From the NCBI GenBank assembly GCA_050230475.1, contig JBFLGF010000072.1:1-64000 (forward strand): DNA of 64,000 nucleotides, read 5' to 3'. Under the pieces are notes generated by a model, which had not been told where the DNA came from, did no database searches, and saw only the letters and a list, made by a program, of their open reading frames with translations. Positions 26,033 through 39,548 of the stretch are shown piece by piece (within the stretch, counting starts at the first letter, position 1; each line of letters begins with the position of its first letter). The translations under genes and the position numbers were made by a program. This DNA comes from Ancylonema sp. (taxonomy: Eukaryota).

Positions 26033-28739
26033 ATGGCGCAGGTTGAATGGGCCCTTGATTGCAACACCGAATGTGGGGAGTCGCCGGTCTGCGACGCCGC
26101 AGGGAACGTCTTCTTTGTAGACACTTTTGGCAGCAAAATACTATGGTACAACTCTGTCAACGGCGCTCATAAGTATGTATCGACACCACAGAAAATTGGG
26201 TGCATAGTACCGCGAGCAGGTGGAAGTCTTGTAGCTGCTTTGGAGGTGGGATCCCGATTTTGACGTGTGTCACTTGGACCGATAGGTCTGTAGGACCTCA
26301 GAACGTCGTGATGAACGATATGCTCTCATTTGCGTTTTTTCACTCGCTTGTTTCTACATAGCAACGGGCGCTGCCAGCAGTTGTAGGATTATATAAGCCC
26401 GATACTATCTGGTAACCCGTGTACCCGCCTGCGCACATATGAGAAAATCAAAGCGAATCGCGAACGAGAAGTATTTTGATTGAACCTGTCAGAGAGTCCA
26501 GACCTTGTCAGCTGCAGTGTGCTTGGTGCAATTTTGAATAACGATCCGAACGGATGTAATTGATATTGTCGCAGGTTCCCATAGTGAATGTGGAGGTTGA
26601 ATCCATAACGTCAGAGACGTGGTCATCAAATAACACCACACTGGCAGAAATGCCGAAAGATCATAGAGGCCCGGAATTCAGGTGAAAAACCGTCAACACC
26701 CATCAATAATGATTGATCGCTATGTCAACGGCCTCGAAACTAACGCCTCCGCAGTGCAGAATTCAATGTCTGTTATAATGCCGGTTTTATTCGCACTTTT
26801 CCGTTATATTGTGCATGCATAGCTATCGCCACCTTCCTCATGGTGACGTCATTCCCGGTTGCAGATGGAATGATGGCAAGGTGGATCCTGCGGGGCGGTT
26901 CTGGGTCGGGAGCATGAATGGCAGCGCGTGGAGTGACCCAGAGGCTTTACAGGGGCGCTTGTATGTCCTGGAGTCGGGCGCAACGGAGTTAGTGGAGAAG
27001 GTTCCCGGCGTATCCGTATCCAACGGCTTGGCGTGGTCTGCAGATCGAACCAAACTGTACTACGTGGATTCTGCCCGATATGTACGGTGACAGCAGCCAC
27101 TGCCGGATATCATATCTTGACCACAGCGGTTAACCGTCTGCAGTCCTCTGCTGCCTGGGGTGTGCTGCAGAGTGTGGATGTGTTTGACTACGACTTGGGG
27201 TTGGGCGCGATCAGCAACAGACGCACGGCCGCCTCGTTTCCGGAGTGTGAAGAAATGGATACCACTGGCGAGGAGAAGGAACGAGGTGAGGGGCAGGGAA
27301 AGAGAGGGTGGTTTCATCAAAGCGATGTAGATTTGACATGGTGCCACAGGTACCTGACAGGTACCTGACAGGTACCTGCTTCCAGGTTCACCCACCAAAG
27401 TTGTTGGAATACCGTATCCGCCAGCCCCCTTTTGAAAAAAATAACAATAACCCACATTAGCCCCACCCCTCCTCCCCACCCCTTACCCGGCAATTTATAT
27501 CCTTTCGAGGATCATGCCCCAGACTGAGGGGCCGGAAAGTGGTACTCTATGCCCCAGGATCAAGGTTTTGTGATTGTTTTTCATGCCCTGCCGCAGCAAG
27601 GGGTTTGTTCCTTGGGCTATGCACCTGGCGGCTGTGGGTCGGCTCGATCTGATGTAGGAACCACTTCACGCACAGACTACAGTGCTGCTACTGACTTGTA
27701 CCTCACCCTCCTCCCCCCCTGCCAGGCCTTCCTGACGGCATTTGCCTGGACGCCAGCGGCAAGGTGTGGGTGGCCATTGGGGAGAGTGGAAGTGTGCGGC
27801 AGATGGACGTTGAGACGGGGAAGGAGGTGGGGCGGGTGGAGTTGCCTGTGAAGAGAGTCACATCGTGTGCCTTTGGAGGTGAGGGGACTGTTGAGCTGAA
27901 TGGTGGAAGAATCGCATTACAATCGGTATACTTTTTGTGGATTGAACCTGCACTAAAAGCATTAAAAGTCTTCATGGGGGTTGATCATGACCGTGGGGAG
28001 ATGAGGCGCTGATTGTGAGTTATTTGTGTGCCTATAAAGAGGATGGTGGTAAGCTGACGCTGCATTGTTCAATGCATAGTTGGTTCTAACCTGCTTAGAC
28101 AATTGCCAGTCATTGTTCCAGACTATAAATAATAATAATAAAACATTCAAACACGTAAATGTGCCTACACGAGTTCAGATACGTTCCGAACCTGATTGTC
28201 ATATCGGATCCACCTCTTGTTCCTCTGTTTTGTTCAGGGGTAGATTTGAGTGAGTTGTACGTCACCACCAAGTCGCAGGAAGGTAAGGCCATGGTGGACC
28301 TGGGAGGGGCTAGAGGCAAGTGATAGCTAAAGATTATATATAAATATAATTATACATAATATTTATAATAAATAAAAAAATTAAAAAAAAAAACTATTAT
28401 TCTAGTAGCCTTGGCTCCCATCATCGTCCGCTATGATTGGGTGTCGAGTATCGCCTATATAATTTTCTACTATTGAATGGCTGCTTACCATTTATGAGTA
28501 GGAAACTGTTGGGCGTGCTCCGAATATGAGAGTTTTATCAGGCTGGTGTGTGCCACGGGTTTGTCATCACCTGGGTGAAGTTTGTGGAGTTGAGAGTACA
28601 ACAGACTGTTTGAGGAAGCATACAGGCTTCTGACGGGAGTGCAAGCATTGTTGCAGGCAATAGCAAGGGCGGAGGGTTGTTCAAATGCCACATCCCTGGG
28701 GTGAAGGGATTCTCTTATGCCAATCAGTTTGGTGGGTGA
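26033..28739 (+). CDS. SMP-30/gluconolactonase (regucalcin-like) six-bladed beta-propeller lactonase; 7 exons
   Basis: Motifs GESP...FFVDT, R|WNDGKVDPAGRFWVGSM, SNGLAWSAD...YYVDS, G|LPDGICLDASGKVWVA, VTSCAFGG|VDLSELYVTT and GGLF...PGVKG...* are joined by GT-AG introns. Confidence 0.92.
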
Positions 28740-30334
28740 CCTCGTTAGAGGAAGACTAAGGGAAGCTTGCTTGCGGTTTCGAAGTATCTGCCACCTTTTC
28801 AATGACAAAATTATGGTAATATGTCGAAGTCTGTGTCAATCACATTTCATTTGTTGATATTATCAACTAGACATGCAAACAAACAATCAATCAATTTGTT
28901 ACGAGAGGGTCGAACGGACGTGTGAATATGTTTTGTTGTAGCCATTGATATCTTTAGTATGTATTGATGCAAGAACCTCACATAATTTGGTGCTGAAATA
29001 GTTTTCACTCATTTCGATGTGGACGGTACGACCAAACTTAAACATATGCATGTGTTGACGATCAAACATAATGGGTATGATCAACTGTGGCATCTACCAT
29101 TTCGTACATTAACATTTAGACCATTTCCATGAAAACAATAATCATCATTTTTAGCTCATCTCACATGCGTTCTTACACTAAATACATGCACACATTTCAT
29201 GATTTTCTTAGCGTGCTTACTTAGTGTTTTCTTTAGGGTGGATGCCAAGGTTGGCCCATCGCTCACAATATTTCCAATCTCACTCTTTGGGCAATTGGAT
29301 TTAGTTGCACTGTGACACGATTGGAAACTGAATAATTGGCACATAGACAAGACTCCAAATCAACTAATTATTTCACTCAAATTATCCTTGAGTTATCATC
29401 TACACAATCTACACATCGACACAACCCAAATTTTACTTATTGTACAGAGTTATAGTTTCTCACACATACTGCAAGCATAGACAATTCTTGTAGGAGCTTG
29501 TTCTCCTCAATCTCACTCCAATTCTCCTTCATGCGTCATACGTCGTCCGGTTTCCTTCCGAATCGACGGAGCACACCAATTCGGGTTGTGGATTTTAAAT
29601 CTTCTTTTATTTACATCCCGTCATACGTCAAGTATCTTTCTTTACGGCAATCTTACCGTAATCTTACTCATTACATTGATTCGCTCCGTTACGTAATACA
29701 TGGCCAAAATGGCGATTACACGTAAGTATCTTGAAGAGATGTTATTTTTGTTATTTTCTTTTTTTGCAAGGGGTGTGTTGATAGCCTTTTTGGGTTTTTT
29801 TGGGATTTCGGCAGGTGGAAGACACTAAATTGTCAGGCAATGTCAAGCACAGTTAGATTCAAGACTCACACGATCCTGCCCGAACGAAGCCCAAGCCGAA
29901 GGAGATAGCCAAGCCGGGACGATTTTTTCTTTTGGGTCAAGAAAGCCTTGTGGCATGCCTAAAGTGACCCATTTGAATTTTTTCTCCGTGTTACTTACCC
30001 CAAAATCCGTATGACATCATAACCACTCCAACGCCAATGCATCTCGGCTCGGAGCTCGGCTGCAATCCAAGGAGCCTGAAGCGCAACCAACTTTGTTACC
30101 GCCCTTCCTGTGTAGTTGGTGGGGTACCCTCCGCTTCCAAGCGGTTGGGAAAGGCCGGGCTGGTCGGGACTAGCAGACCGCCTCCCAACCGTCGGGTGGA
30201 GATTGATCGCCCGGGTGGGATGCGGTCGGGCAATTGGCAAATTTTCAAGAAAGGGCGAAACCGTACAAATATCCCAAAGCACATCAAATTAGGACGAAAA
30301 TTGAGTCTTGGTTGACCACGTTTTTATGGAGGAC

Positions 30335-30375
30335 AAGGTTGAAGGTTGAAGGTTGAAGGTTGAAGATTGAAGGTT
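30335..30375. repeat. (GAAGGTT)n heptamer repeat, about 6 copies
   Basis: Direct tandem copies. Confidence 0.85.
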
Positions 30376-31892
30376 ACCTTGTTTCTTAGCTCTTTAAGCA
30401 AAGAGCTAAGTTTTGCATTCGATTGTCATTACGTTAAACGTACCGTTTGGATTCGTAGACTAGTACGTTTTTGGCCACGTTAGCCCTGACCACGTTTCTG
30501 TTTGGATGTTACGACGGGGTTTGCTGACATGGATGTTTTTTTTGGGGCTTGTGACGTGGCAAAAATGACGTGTCGAGTTCTAATTGGTTAATTTTTTGTT
30601 TGTTTGTTTGTTTGTATATTTCTTTGATTTTGATTTTTATTTTTTTTGCGCGATGTATGACTTATGTTCTTACACGTCCCGATGGTGTATCAAAAAAAAA
30701 TTAGCATGTGAAGACTCCACACTACCAGCTCTCCTAACACCAACCTAAAAAACAAGTAAATAAAAATGGAGCGCCGCACTAGTGACCCAGCGACGCATTG
30801 ATTTATTTTGGTTGTACACTGTTCACATACGACCCCCTGAGTAGTTTAGTCCAATTCAGATGGCGTGGACACCTTCATTTAATGGCGTGGACACCAGGTT
30901 GTTTGCACGCATGTGCGAAAAAACGAGGATCCACACGTGTGTGGAAGACAAGCACCACAAAATGCGGGGTGTCAAGGTTTAGTTGAGACTCATTATTCCG
31001 CACATTTATTCAGTATTTATGTTTCAATTCATAGATGCGCCCCGGTCTCCCGATTCCCGATCCCAATCTAAGCCGGATCGGGGTCAACTAGGACACACCT
31101 CAGAAGGTTTACGCCACCTTCGGGGTTTTATGCGCCTTCCGGGTTCTACGACACTGACTCTAGCCATTATTTATTTTCACATAATAACGAGATTAGTTGG
31201 TGTTCCGATCCGGTAGTCGAAATAACCGGCTACATGGAAAATTTTGCACATATTTTTATTACAATAAGTCATACGGGTAGGGTTGTTTCAAATTGATTTC
31301 GATTTTTGTGTAGTTATTACCGTAATGCGACACGATTTTACATCTCGTGTAAAATTATGTTTTTTGGGGTGTAAAGCACCTTTATTTGCTCGTAATATTA
31401 CGTCAGGCGGTGATGTGTGTAAGCGTAAGTTTGTTGTAAATTACGATTGCGAAGATAACCTCGATCATAGTTTGACGAATGCGAAAGCTTTGGGTCGTTT
31501 GAATGGCGTCAAATTTATATACGTGTGATATACACGATGTGTATTTGAGTTTGCACTTCATACATGTTGGACAACTCAACGATTGAAAACTTTGCTTGTT
31601 TTTCTTTTCAGAGGTCCGTTCCCCCCCATTTGATAAGTGACTTCACAATGTCCGAACTTTTGCTAAAGTAACTAAGAATTTTCGGAAATATCAAGACATT
31701 CATGAAAATAAACGATTTTCACACATAACATATAAAAAGACGTTTCATGACGTGGGATAAAAAGATAATACGGCGGAGAACAAACACGATTTGCAAGTTA
31801 CAAAAAAGGTTGTTTATGATACGACATTGAGTCAATAATATGTCATATATCAAAGACTCAACAATATTGATGAACACGATATGAACAATATA

Positions 31893-32513
31893 CAGCGCTC
31901 CCTTGATATAACGACAAAAAAAAAATCCATTAAAATGCCGTTATATCGAGGTGTCGTTATACACTGTATAACGACATGTATTACTAGAATCTGAAATCTC
32001 TGTCGTTGTATCGAGGGACTTTGCGAATGAAGCACACTGAATGAGCAAATGTGTTTGTTATGTGTTTCCTAAAGTAAGTTGCCTTGGCATGATTATTAAA
32101 TTCAGCGTGTGTATTGATATACGAGCTATACAAGTGCGTCATGGTACCAATACATGCGGATGGACAAAATATACCACACAATTTTACGAGGAGAGTTGGG
32201 AAGGTATTAAGGTCGTTACAAAGCAACACCGGACACGCACATTCTATTGGACCTACATAGAATTATGTATAGAGGTTGAGGTGTCGTTCTGTATTTTTCT
32301 CGATTTCCATACATCGTTATCTGCGAGCAATAGCGTTATATACACAGTATAACGATATTCGGTAACAAATTTCTGAAATAATTTGTCATCATATAGAGTG
32401 TCGTTATGCTTATATCGAGGGCGATTTCATATTGATTTTTAAAAAGTTCCAAAAAACTGTCGTTATATCGAGGTTGTCGTTATACCGAGGGTCGTTATAT
32501 CGAGGGAGCACTG
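31893..32513. mobile_element. pogo-like MITE, family B copy 1
   Basis: TIRs CAGCGCTCCCTTGATATAACGAC / GTCGTTATATCGAGGGAGCACTG. TA on both flanks. Homologous to 34528-35155 and 50857-51184. Confidence 0.9.
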
Positions 32514-33104
32514 TACAAAGTTATATGATAACGATACGGTTCAAAGATACAAGTTGTGATTCCGCCAATAATTTGCTTTCAGAATATGCATTAAAGGGTG
32601 CATTTTGCTTGTCCATTAGTTTGTTAGTTTTATTTTTCTCTATGTGATTTGTTTTTTTTTCAATAATTAATAATAACCTCGATAGGACCCAAAATCATGC
32701 AACCGGTTTTCTTCGCGTCCGTTTTACGGAAATATACGGGAAAATACTAGAAACACGCAAATTTGTTTATTTTGGGTGGATTTTGGCCACGAAAGCCCTA
32801 GTTTGACGAACGTGCGTGAATCTTAAATTTGGAGATAAAATATGTTTTTACGTTACGATCACAATCAATTTTTGCATAACTTGTAAAGCGTAAATGTTCT
32901 TAACCCTAGTTATAGTGACCTAAAGACTCTACTCTACCACAATTAGAAGCCTGACTCTCGAGGGCTACACACTCGAATCGAGTTTTTTTTTAAATGATAT
33001 TCTTGGTGGATTTGTGTTTTTAGATGACATCTCAGATCGCACACATGCACATTAGCACATGTGCGGAACTAGTGCGCTAGTACTCCGCAGAGTGCGGGGC
33101 CATC

Positions 33105-33387
33105 CATGGTTGGTCTCGGACACGTCCAAGACACGTCCGGGACATGTCCGGGACATGTCCCGGACCCGGACACCTCTAACAAAATTATTTCCCAAAAAAA
33201 TTACTGAGTGTATTGCCTAGGCGGGAATTCGTCCGGAATTTTCCAGACATGTCCGCGACAAGTGGCGTTTGGCTGCCGCTACCTCTGTTAGGCTTGGCGC
33301 TACTACCCTTATAATAACGCTAAAATTAGATACTTTGGGCGAATGCGGGACATGTCCCAAAGAAGCTTGTCCGAGACGCAAGTTATG
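33105..33387. mobile_element. Degenerate MITE with CAT- termini and GGACA(T/C)GTCC subterminal repeats
   Basis: Ends CATGGTTGGTCTCGGACA and reverse complement CATAACTTGCGTCTCGGACA. Palindromic GGACATGTCC repeats. TSD not convincing. Confidence 0.5.
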
Positions 33388-33577
33388 CCACCACCTATCT
33401 ATGTAGCCAATAACCCTAAAATGTCATAGATAATGAAAACTAAAAAAAAACCGAGAGGGGTGTGTTGGGTCGATTTTCTTCAACTGAATTATTACCCATT
33501 GGGCCATGCCGAATTTTGCACAAAGTGGCTGACTAGCTGAACGTCGGTGACTACCGACGTTCTAGTCACTACGTTTA

Positions 33578-35425
33578 CACTCAAACCCCGATATAAGACA
33601 CTAAGATATAAGAAACTCCTCGCTAAAATAAAACTTTTACTCGACATTGTTGTTTCCCATATAAAACTCCTCCGACATAAGAATAAGAAACATCGATATA
33701 AGAAACTAAAATCCCCGATTTTTATTTTTGCCGGTTTCTTATATCGAATTTATGGGTTTTTCCGTACTATAGATATTGGCCAATGTTGGAGGTCGAATAT
33801 CTCATTGACGACGACTTCAGCCGCTGCCATATTTGAGGTTTTGAGCAAGGTTCTGAGCCGCCATTATTTATGCACCATACGTAGTCCGCTAGGATTTATA
33901 TACGTATACGTCCACAACTCATGGGTGTTATGATGTCCACGTCTAGGAAGACCCGGTTCGCACTGAAAGCCGAAGTCATTTGCGAAGACAATTGTCTATA
34001 TGATTCTCCAACAAAAGCAATCACATATCAGGCTGTACTTTAAGGCGTCGTTAATTGCTCGTACAAGGAAGTTACATAAGTAAATTGCGTGTGTACGTTG
34101 GCTATTGTACAATCATTGATGTTCTTAAATTCACTTTGACGCAAGAGTGTAGTCATAAACAAGTGAGAATGCTTACACATGAAGAATGGCTATCTTTGTG
34201 AAGTACTGCACTTGGCACCCATTTAATTACTTTCCAATGTTGACGAAATGTTTGAAACGACTTCAATTATGTGTGCTCGAAGCATCACACGACGCACGTA
34301 ACACAAAAAATAACTAGAGCTTTTCTTGTAAAAATAATCAATGGATGAGAGTCACAATACCTCAAACACGAGTGTCTCTTTTAGATTGAGCATTATTTTG
34401 GTTAAATCTTTCGTTTTTTCTTCAGTCTTGCAACCATGTATTAGGTATAGTCGATGGTACTAGAGGCATCAAACAATGCACTATGCAATTGAACATGAGT
34501 TTTGTGCCATCGAGGATGGAATGACTACGGTGCTCCCTCGATATAACAACATTAAAAAAAAACAAAAAAAATGTCCTTATATCGAGGTGTCGTTATACAG
34601 TGTATGAGGACAATTACAACTAGAATCAGAAATCTCTGTCCTTTTATCGAGGGACTTAGCGAATGAAGCAAAGTGGATAAGCAAATGCATTTATGTGTTG
34701 ATAGAGTAAGATGAGTAAGTTGCCTAGAGTAAGTTGCCTTGGCATGATTATCCAATTCAGCGTGTGTGTTGATATACGAGCTATACAAGTGCGTCATGAT
34801 ACCTATACATGCGGATGAACAAAATAGTTAGTTCTGGACCATCCGAGGAGGACAGAGGCGGCGTTCTCTTCATATGACATGTCGAACGACTCGAAATCGT
34901 TGTAGAGAATTTGGGGTGTCGTTCAGGAGGTTTCTAGATTTAAATCGATTTTCATACATCGTTATCTGCGAGCAATAGCGTTATATACACGGTATAAGGA
35001 CATTCAGTAACAAATTTCTGAAATAATTTGTCTTTATATAGAGTGTCGTTATGCTTATATCGAGGGCGACTTCATATTGATTTTAAAAAAGTTTATTTTT
35101 TTTGTCGTTATACCGAGATTGTCATTGAGAGGGTCGTTACATCGAGGGAGCACTGTATACTAAATGCTCGAAACGCTTTACTCTTCCGGTTATATGTTCC
35201 CATTGAATTCTCAAATATGAACCTCATGGAGGTCCTAGAAGACAACGTGCCTATATAGTGGCATAGTGATACGACTCTGGAAGCGTCATTTCATACCTCC
35301 CTCGTTATAAGAATCATATTCGCGAGGCCTCCTTTCTAAAGTTTCTTATACAAGGTAGAAGAAATCTTCGCTAAAATAAACCTTTTTCCCGAAATATACA
35401 GGTTTCTTGTATCGGGGTTTGAGTG
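33578..35425. mobile_element. pogo-like non-autonomous element, family C (contains the family B copy 2 insertion)
   Basis: TIRs CACTCAAACCCCGATATAAGA / TCTTGTATCGGGGTTTGAGTG. TA on both flanks. Repeated GATATAAGAAAC motifs. Confidence 0.85.
34528..35155. mobile_element. pogo-like MITE, family B copy 2 (nested in the family C element)
   Basis: TIRs CGGTGCTCCCTCGATATAAC / GTTACATCGAGGGAGCACTG. TA on both flanks. Extensive identity to 31893-32513. Confidence 0.9.
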
Positions 35426-36270
35426 TATATGGCTGGGTCTTGGTCGCGCGTGTTCCCATCGTGGTACGCTAGCCGCTGGATCGAGAATATACACCAGATC
35501 GAGTCCGATCGACCCTATCCGTAAAAACCGATACAGGTGAACCGACAACAATGGACCGATATTAGTGTGGTACAACATGCGTGCATTATGGTAGTGGTTA
35601 AAAGTAATGGTGATTCATGATGTCGATATGCCCTGGTCGTTTTCTGGGTCTTCACTTTTTTTTTTTTTTTTTTTAAAACTCGGGTATCTCATTATATGTG
35701 ACTATCACGGTATGTAACAAATGAAATTGTGTGTTTGTTGTTAGAGGTAGTATTTGAATAAAGCCCGCAAGTACAATAATTACTTGAAGCAAACGCTTTA
35801 ATAACTTGATTTTATAATCCCTATGGAGTACGGGATCCAAATGCGAACACGGTTGGGTTTGATCCCATTCGATGCAATATGGGAACCCGTTCGAATGATG
35901 CCCCTTATGGCTCAATTTCACCTTTTAGGCATTGTCTAGCAGATTGATATAGTTGTGTGGTTTGTCAATTGATGCCAACCCATTTTCGATCCCGTGCTTG
36001 AAAGCTAGCATTGAGTTACAAATCAGTCTACCATCCAACAATCCACCAATCCACCAATCCACCATCCGTGATTAACCTCACAATTCTATTTGCACCCATT
36101 TTGTACAACAAACAAGTCCTTCATACCTACCAACTACCCAATCATATTCATCGGCCTCAGCCAAAGGCTGGCAGCCTTTGCCCCATAGACACACATTACA
36201 CATCCATCTAAAAAAGCAGCTACCCCAGTCCCTGCCCAACCAATTCTCTGTCTTCGTGCTACGGTGTTCC

Positions 36271-38454
36271 CTACATGGCCATTTCCTTTCTAAGTGCCTC
36301 CAAGTCAGCGTCACTCTCCACAGCCACCGGTGTCCTGGTGGGCGCAGTGGGAGCCCGAGTAGGCACAGAAGGCAGCTTCTGTTCAGGGGCAGTCTGCGCC
36401 GGCTGCAGTAGTTCCTCATCCAGCTCCAAACCCTCCAGCTCCTCAAGCTCCTCCAACAGCTCATCCTGCACACCATGGCAAGTAATGTTAAACCTGATCC
36501 CTGCTCATCATTCCACCGCCCCTGATTCCCTTCTTACATCATCGAGGTCCGCCATGGCCCCCACAGGCTGCGACAGGGCGTCCTGGATCTGCTTCATGTT
36601 CTCCGTCTGCTCGTTGATCTCATCCATCGTCTTGTCCACGTCATCAATGTTCCTGCACGCCCAAGAAAATCCATGTACTCATCATTCTGTCCCGTTTGCC
36701 CCCTCTCCTAACCCAAATGTAGTTGCTCACATCTTCTTTTGAATCCCCTTGAGCACATAGGCCGAGTCCCTCATCGCCCCTGCCACCTGGACTGTCATTG
36801 TGGCACTTTCTAGAGTTTGGACCTGCACAGAGAAAGAGAGGTTGATACATGTTCTACGAAGTCTGCCATCTATCCCGAAAGCCCTCAGAGCCTTTCTGTC
36901 CCACCTGGTCTTCCAATCGATATTGAAATTTGACTAGATTCTCGGCTTGGACCTCCAAGAGCTTCTTCTTCTTCAACGCTTGAATAGCACCTGCGTCCAA
37001 AAGCCCAACCTTCAATTTTTTAACCTCATGCACCTTCAATCACCCCTTCGTCCCTTCTCCTCTCTGTGAACCATCCATGGATAAGTTGGCCACCATGTTG
37101 TGGCAGCTGCGCAGCCATCAGTTCTAACCTTTCTTATTCTTGGCCTTGCTGCATTCTCGTGCCTTCTCGAGTTCTGCAGCAATTCTTTTCTGAAGGAGCT
37201 TCTCTTTCTTCTCAAGAAGATCACGAGTCTGCAGATCACCAGCAACCGCGGACCACACATATGAGGCGCAAACACCTCATGGCCTCTGACGACCTATATG
37301 AAGTCCACAGAGACTTCATGCCAAATAGAAGTAGCCTCCTCTTCTACAGTAGCAGCTTCTCCTGCGATTATGACACACACTCAACAGTGCGACAGGACCT
37401 GACTTACAAGAACGGAACCCGGACACATCGGACGACACAGCGAGAACCTATGTACGGGCTACAGGATGGAGGTGGAAAGCATTACTACCAAATGTGAACA
37501 AACAGAGCTGTTCCATTTCTTCCCTTGCTGCCATGAGGCATGATCTCCAGCAGATGACGGAACGGGCATGCAAGGAACCTTCGAAAAAATACTATAAAAA
37601 TACTAAAACATTTCGCAGAACCAGACCCCCCTTATTTAAGAGTTTTTTGGTTGACAGAATGCCGACAGCCCGTTCCAGCACAACACACGAGCAAGTCACT
37701 ATCTCACGTAACATATAATGCTGATAGTCGACATGCAACAAAACCTTGAACCATCATGTACGTGCACCTGAGCGCTCCTGACAGCGAGGATAACATGCTA
37801 CTACATCCAGAACGAGAAGAAATCTTAGAAGCTAAGCGAGGAGTCTTGGCCACCCTAAATGGGAGCTTAGAAAGAGAAACGTCTGATCTACCGGAATATT
37901 ATGTCCCCAAGCGAAAATGAACCCGTGATCGTACGCTGCCAGTAGATGTTGACAATTGGGGACGTTGAAAGTTAAAAACTAAAAGTAGGCTCTTGATAAA
38001 TACTGAACGGACTTTTTGGGACTGAAAAGTGAAAACTGAAAAGTGAGTAAGTTCTGAAGGCTACTACTCTTGTTAGTAGAATCTCTCAGAAGTATCAAGT
38101 GGTCGAACGCATAACTTTAGAGACGATCTCCTACAACGTTCAGGTTTAGTAATTTCGTCCTTTCTTTTTTTCCCTCCTGAACTGTGCTATGAAGTATGGG
38201 GATGGCGAACTAAGCATGCTTTTTGCGTGACCGACTCTCCATTTACCACTTCCGACGTGAAACGGGCTGTATAAGTAAGCTAGAGAGGAAGTGCTACATG
38301 CCACTTTCTGAACCCACACGTCCCACCTGGTGCATACAGCCATGACAAAACGTGGATATCATGTTTATAAAGTTCCACGCACCTCCTTAAGTTTGTCTAA
38401 GGAATCCCCAATGTTCGGTTCCTCCTTCGGCTTCCCGAACAACCGGCCAAACAT
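36271..38454 (-). CDS. VPS32: ESCRT-III subunit SNF7/VPS32 (CHMP4)
   Basis: MFGRLFGKPKEE...LDKLKE|TRDLLEKKEKLLQK..., AIQALKKKKL, NIDDVDKTMDEINEQTENMKQIQDALSQPVG, DELLEELEELE...LRKEMAM*, joined by GT-AG introns. Confidence 0.95.
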
Positions 38455-39153
38455 TTTTGACTACGATGGCAGGCTCTGAAAAAATCGCAGAAAAATAGCG
38501 ATACGGAGGGTCTTCTACGCCACAAGAACACAGACTTCCAGTTTTTCCGCAGGTGACCGACAAAGTCGTCTCCCCACTTCCGACCGAGCGCAGGGTGGCG
38601 CAGGGTGGCGTAGGGACAGTCCTCTGAGAAATGGCAAGATCTTGATCGCACCGGCAGTAGTGTTGGACGGTGCGCGTCGTATGGCAAGGCAACAAACGAG
38701 GAGTACGCAAGGTAGGGGTACAGGCAAGTAACAGCAGGGGTCAACGCGGGGGCGAATACGGGACTGCGACGGAAAGTCTCGCGTCGTCCTCTGAACAGGT
38801 GCCGGGGTATTGATTTCTGAGGTGGACATGCCACGTGGGATCAGGGCGTAATGCAGAGATCCAGGGGCGTTGGGTTCCAACGCCGTTTGAAACGAACTTT
38901 CGTTATGTGTTTGGAATCAGGATTGTGCCCCTGGGGGGGGCTTTCTTCGCCGCACCCCTACGGTAGTCGTGAATTCGTGGCGGCGTGATGTTGTTTGGGT
39001 GATCGTTGGGGCGGCGTGAAGGGGCAACGATTACCAGCCGTGTTAACCATGGGGTCTACCACGAAACGTTTTACTTCACATTTTTACTGCATGTCTATGG
39101 GATATCGGTACCGATTTCGTTGCCATGTATGAAACACGATTCTGCGCTGAATC

Positions 39154-39548
39154 CATAGATGGGTCTTTGAAGTGCGCGTCTCGCACGTGTTCCGCACGCG
39201 CGCGTTCGCGCGCGCGTGCCGCGCGCATGCGCAAATCTCGCGCACGGTGCTGACCCATAGGCGTTTAAATATTATTATTATTACCCGGGGGGGGGGGGGG
39301 GATGCCGGGATGTTTCCAAATTCATGAAATGTGTTTGGTGAACCGGTTACAACGTGGCAGTATTCAATTTAGGGCCTAAGACGTTATATCGAACTACTTA
39401 TAGTGCAAAATGGTCAGTACTCACTACTTAGTCAAATTTCAGTCGATTGCAGAAATTGTCCCGGTGCAGCGCGAGTGCCGCATGCGTGCGCTCGCGCGCG
39501 CGTGCGGCGCGCGTGCGCAAATCTTGCGCACGTGCTGACCCATCTATG
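39154..39548. mobile_element. P-element-like MITE (395 bp)
   Basis: Perfect 12-bp TIR CATAGATGGGTC...GACCCATCTATG and perfect 8-bp TSD GCTGAATC (39146-53, 39549-56). A GC-rich subterminal block is repeated at both ends. The element itself is clear; superfamily assignment rests only on the CANRG terminus. Confidence 0.85.

Noticed and set aside
38881..38892. CCGTTTGAAA as an MSA/CHR mitotic promoter element for the kinesin
   Set aside because: A single short motif about 1 kb from the ATG; cannot be distinguished from chance.
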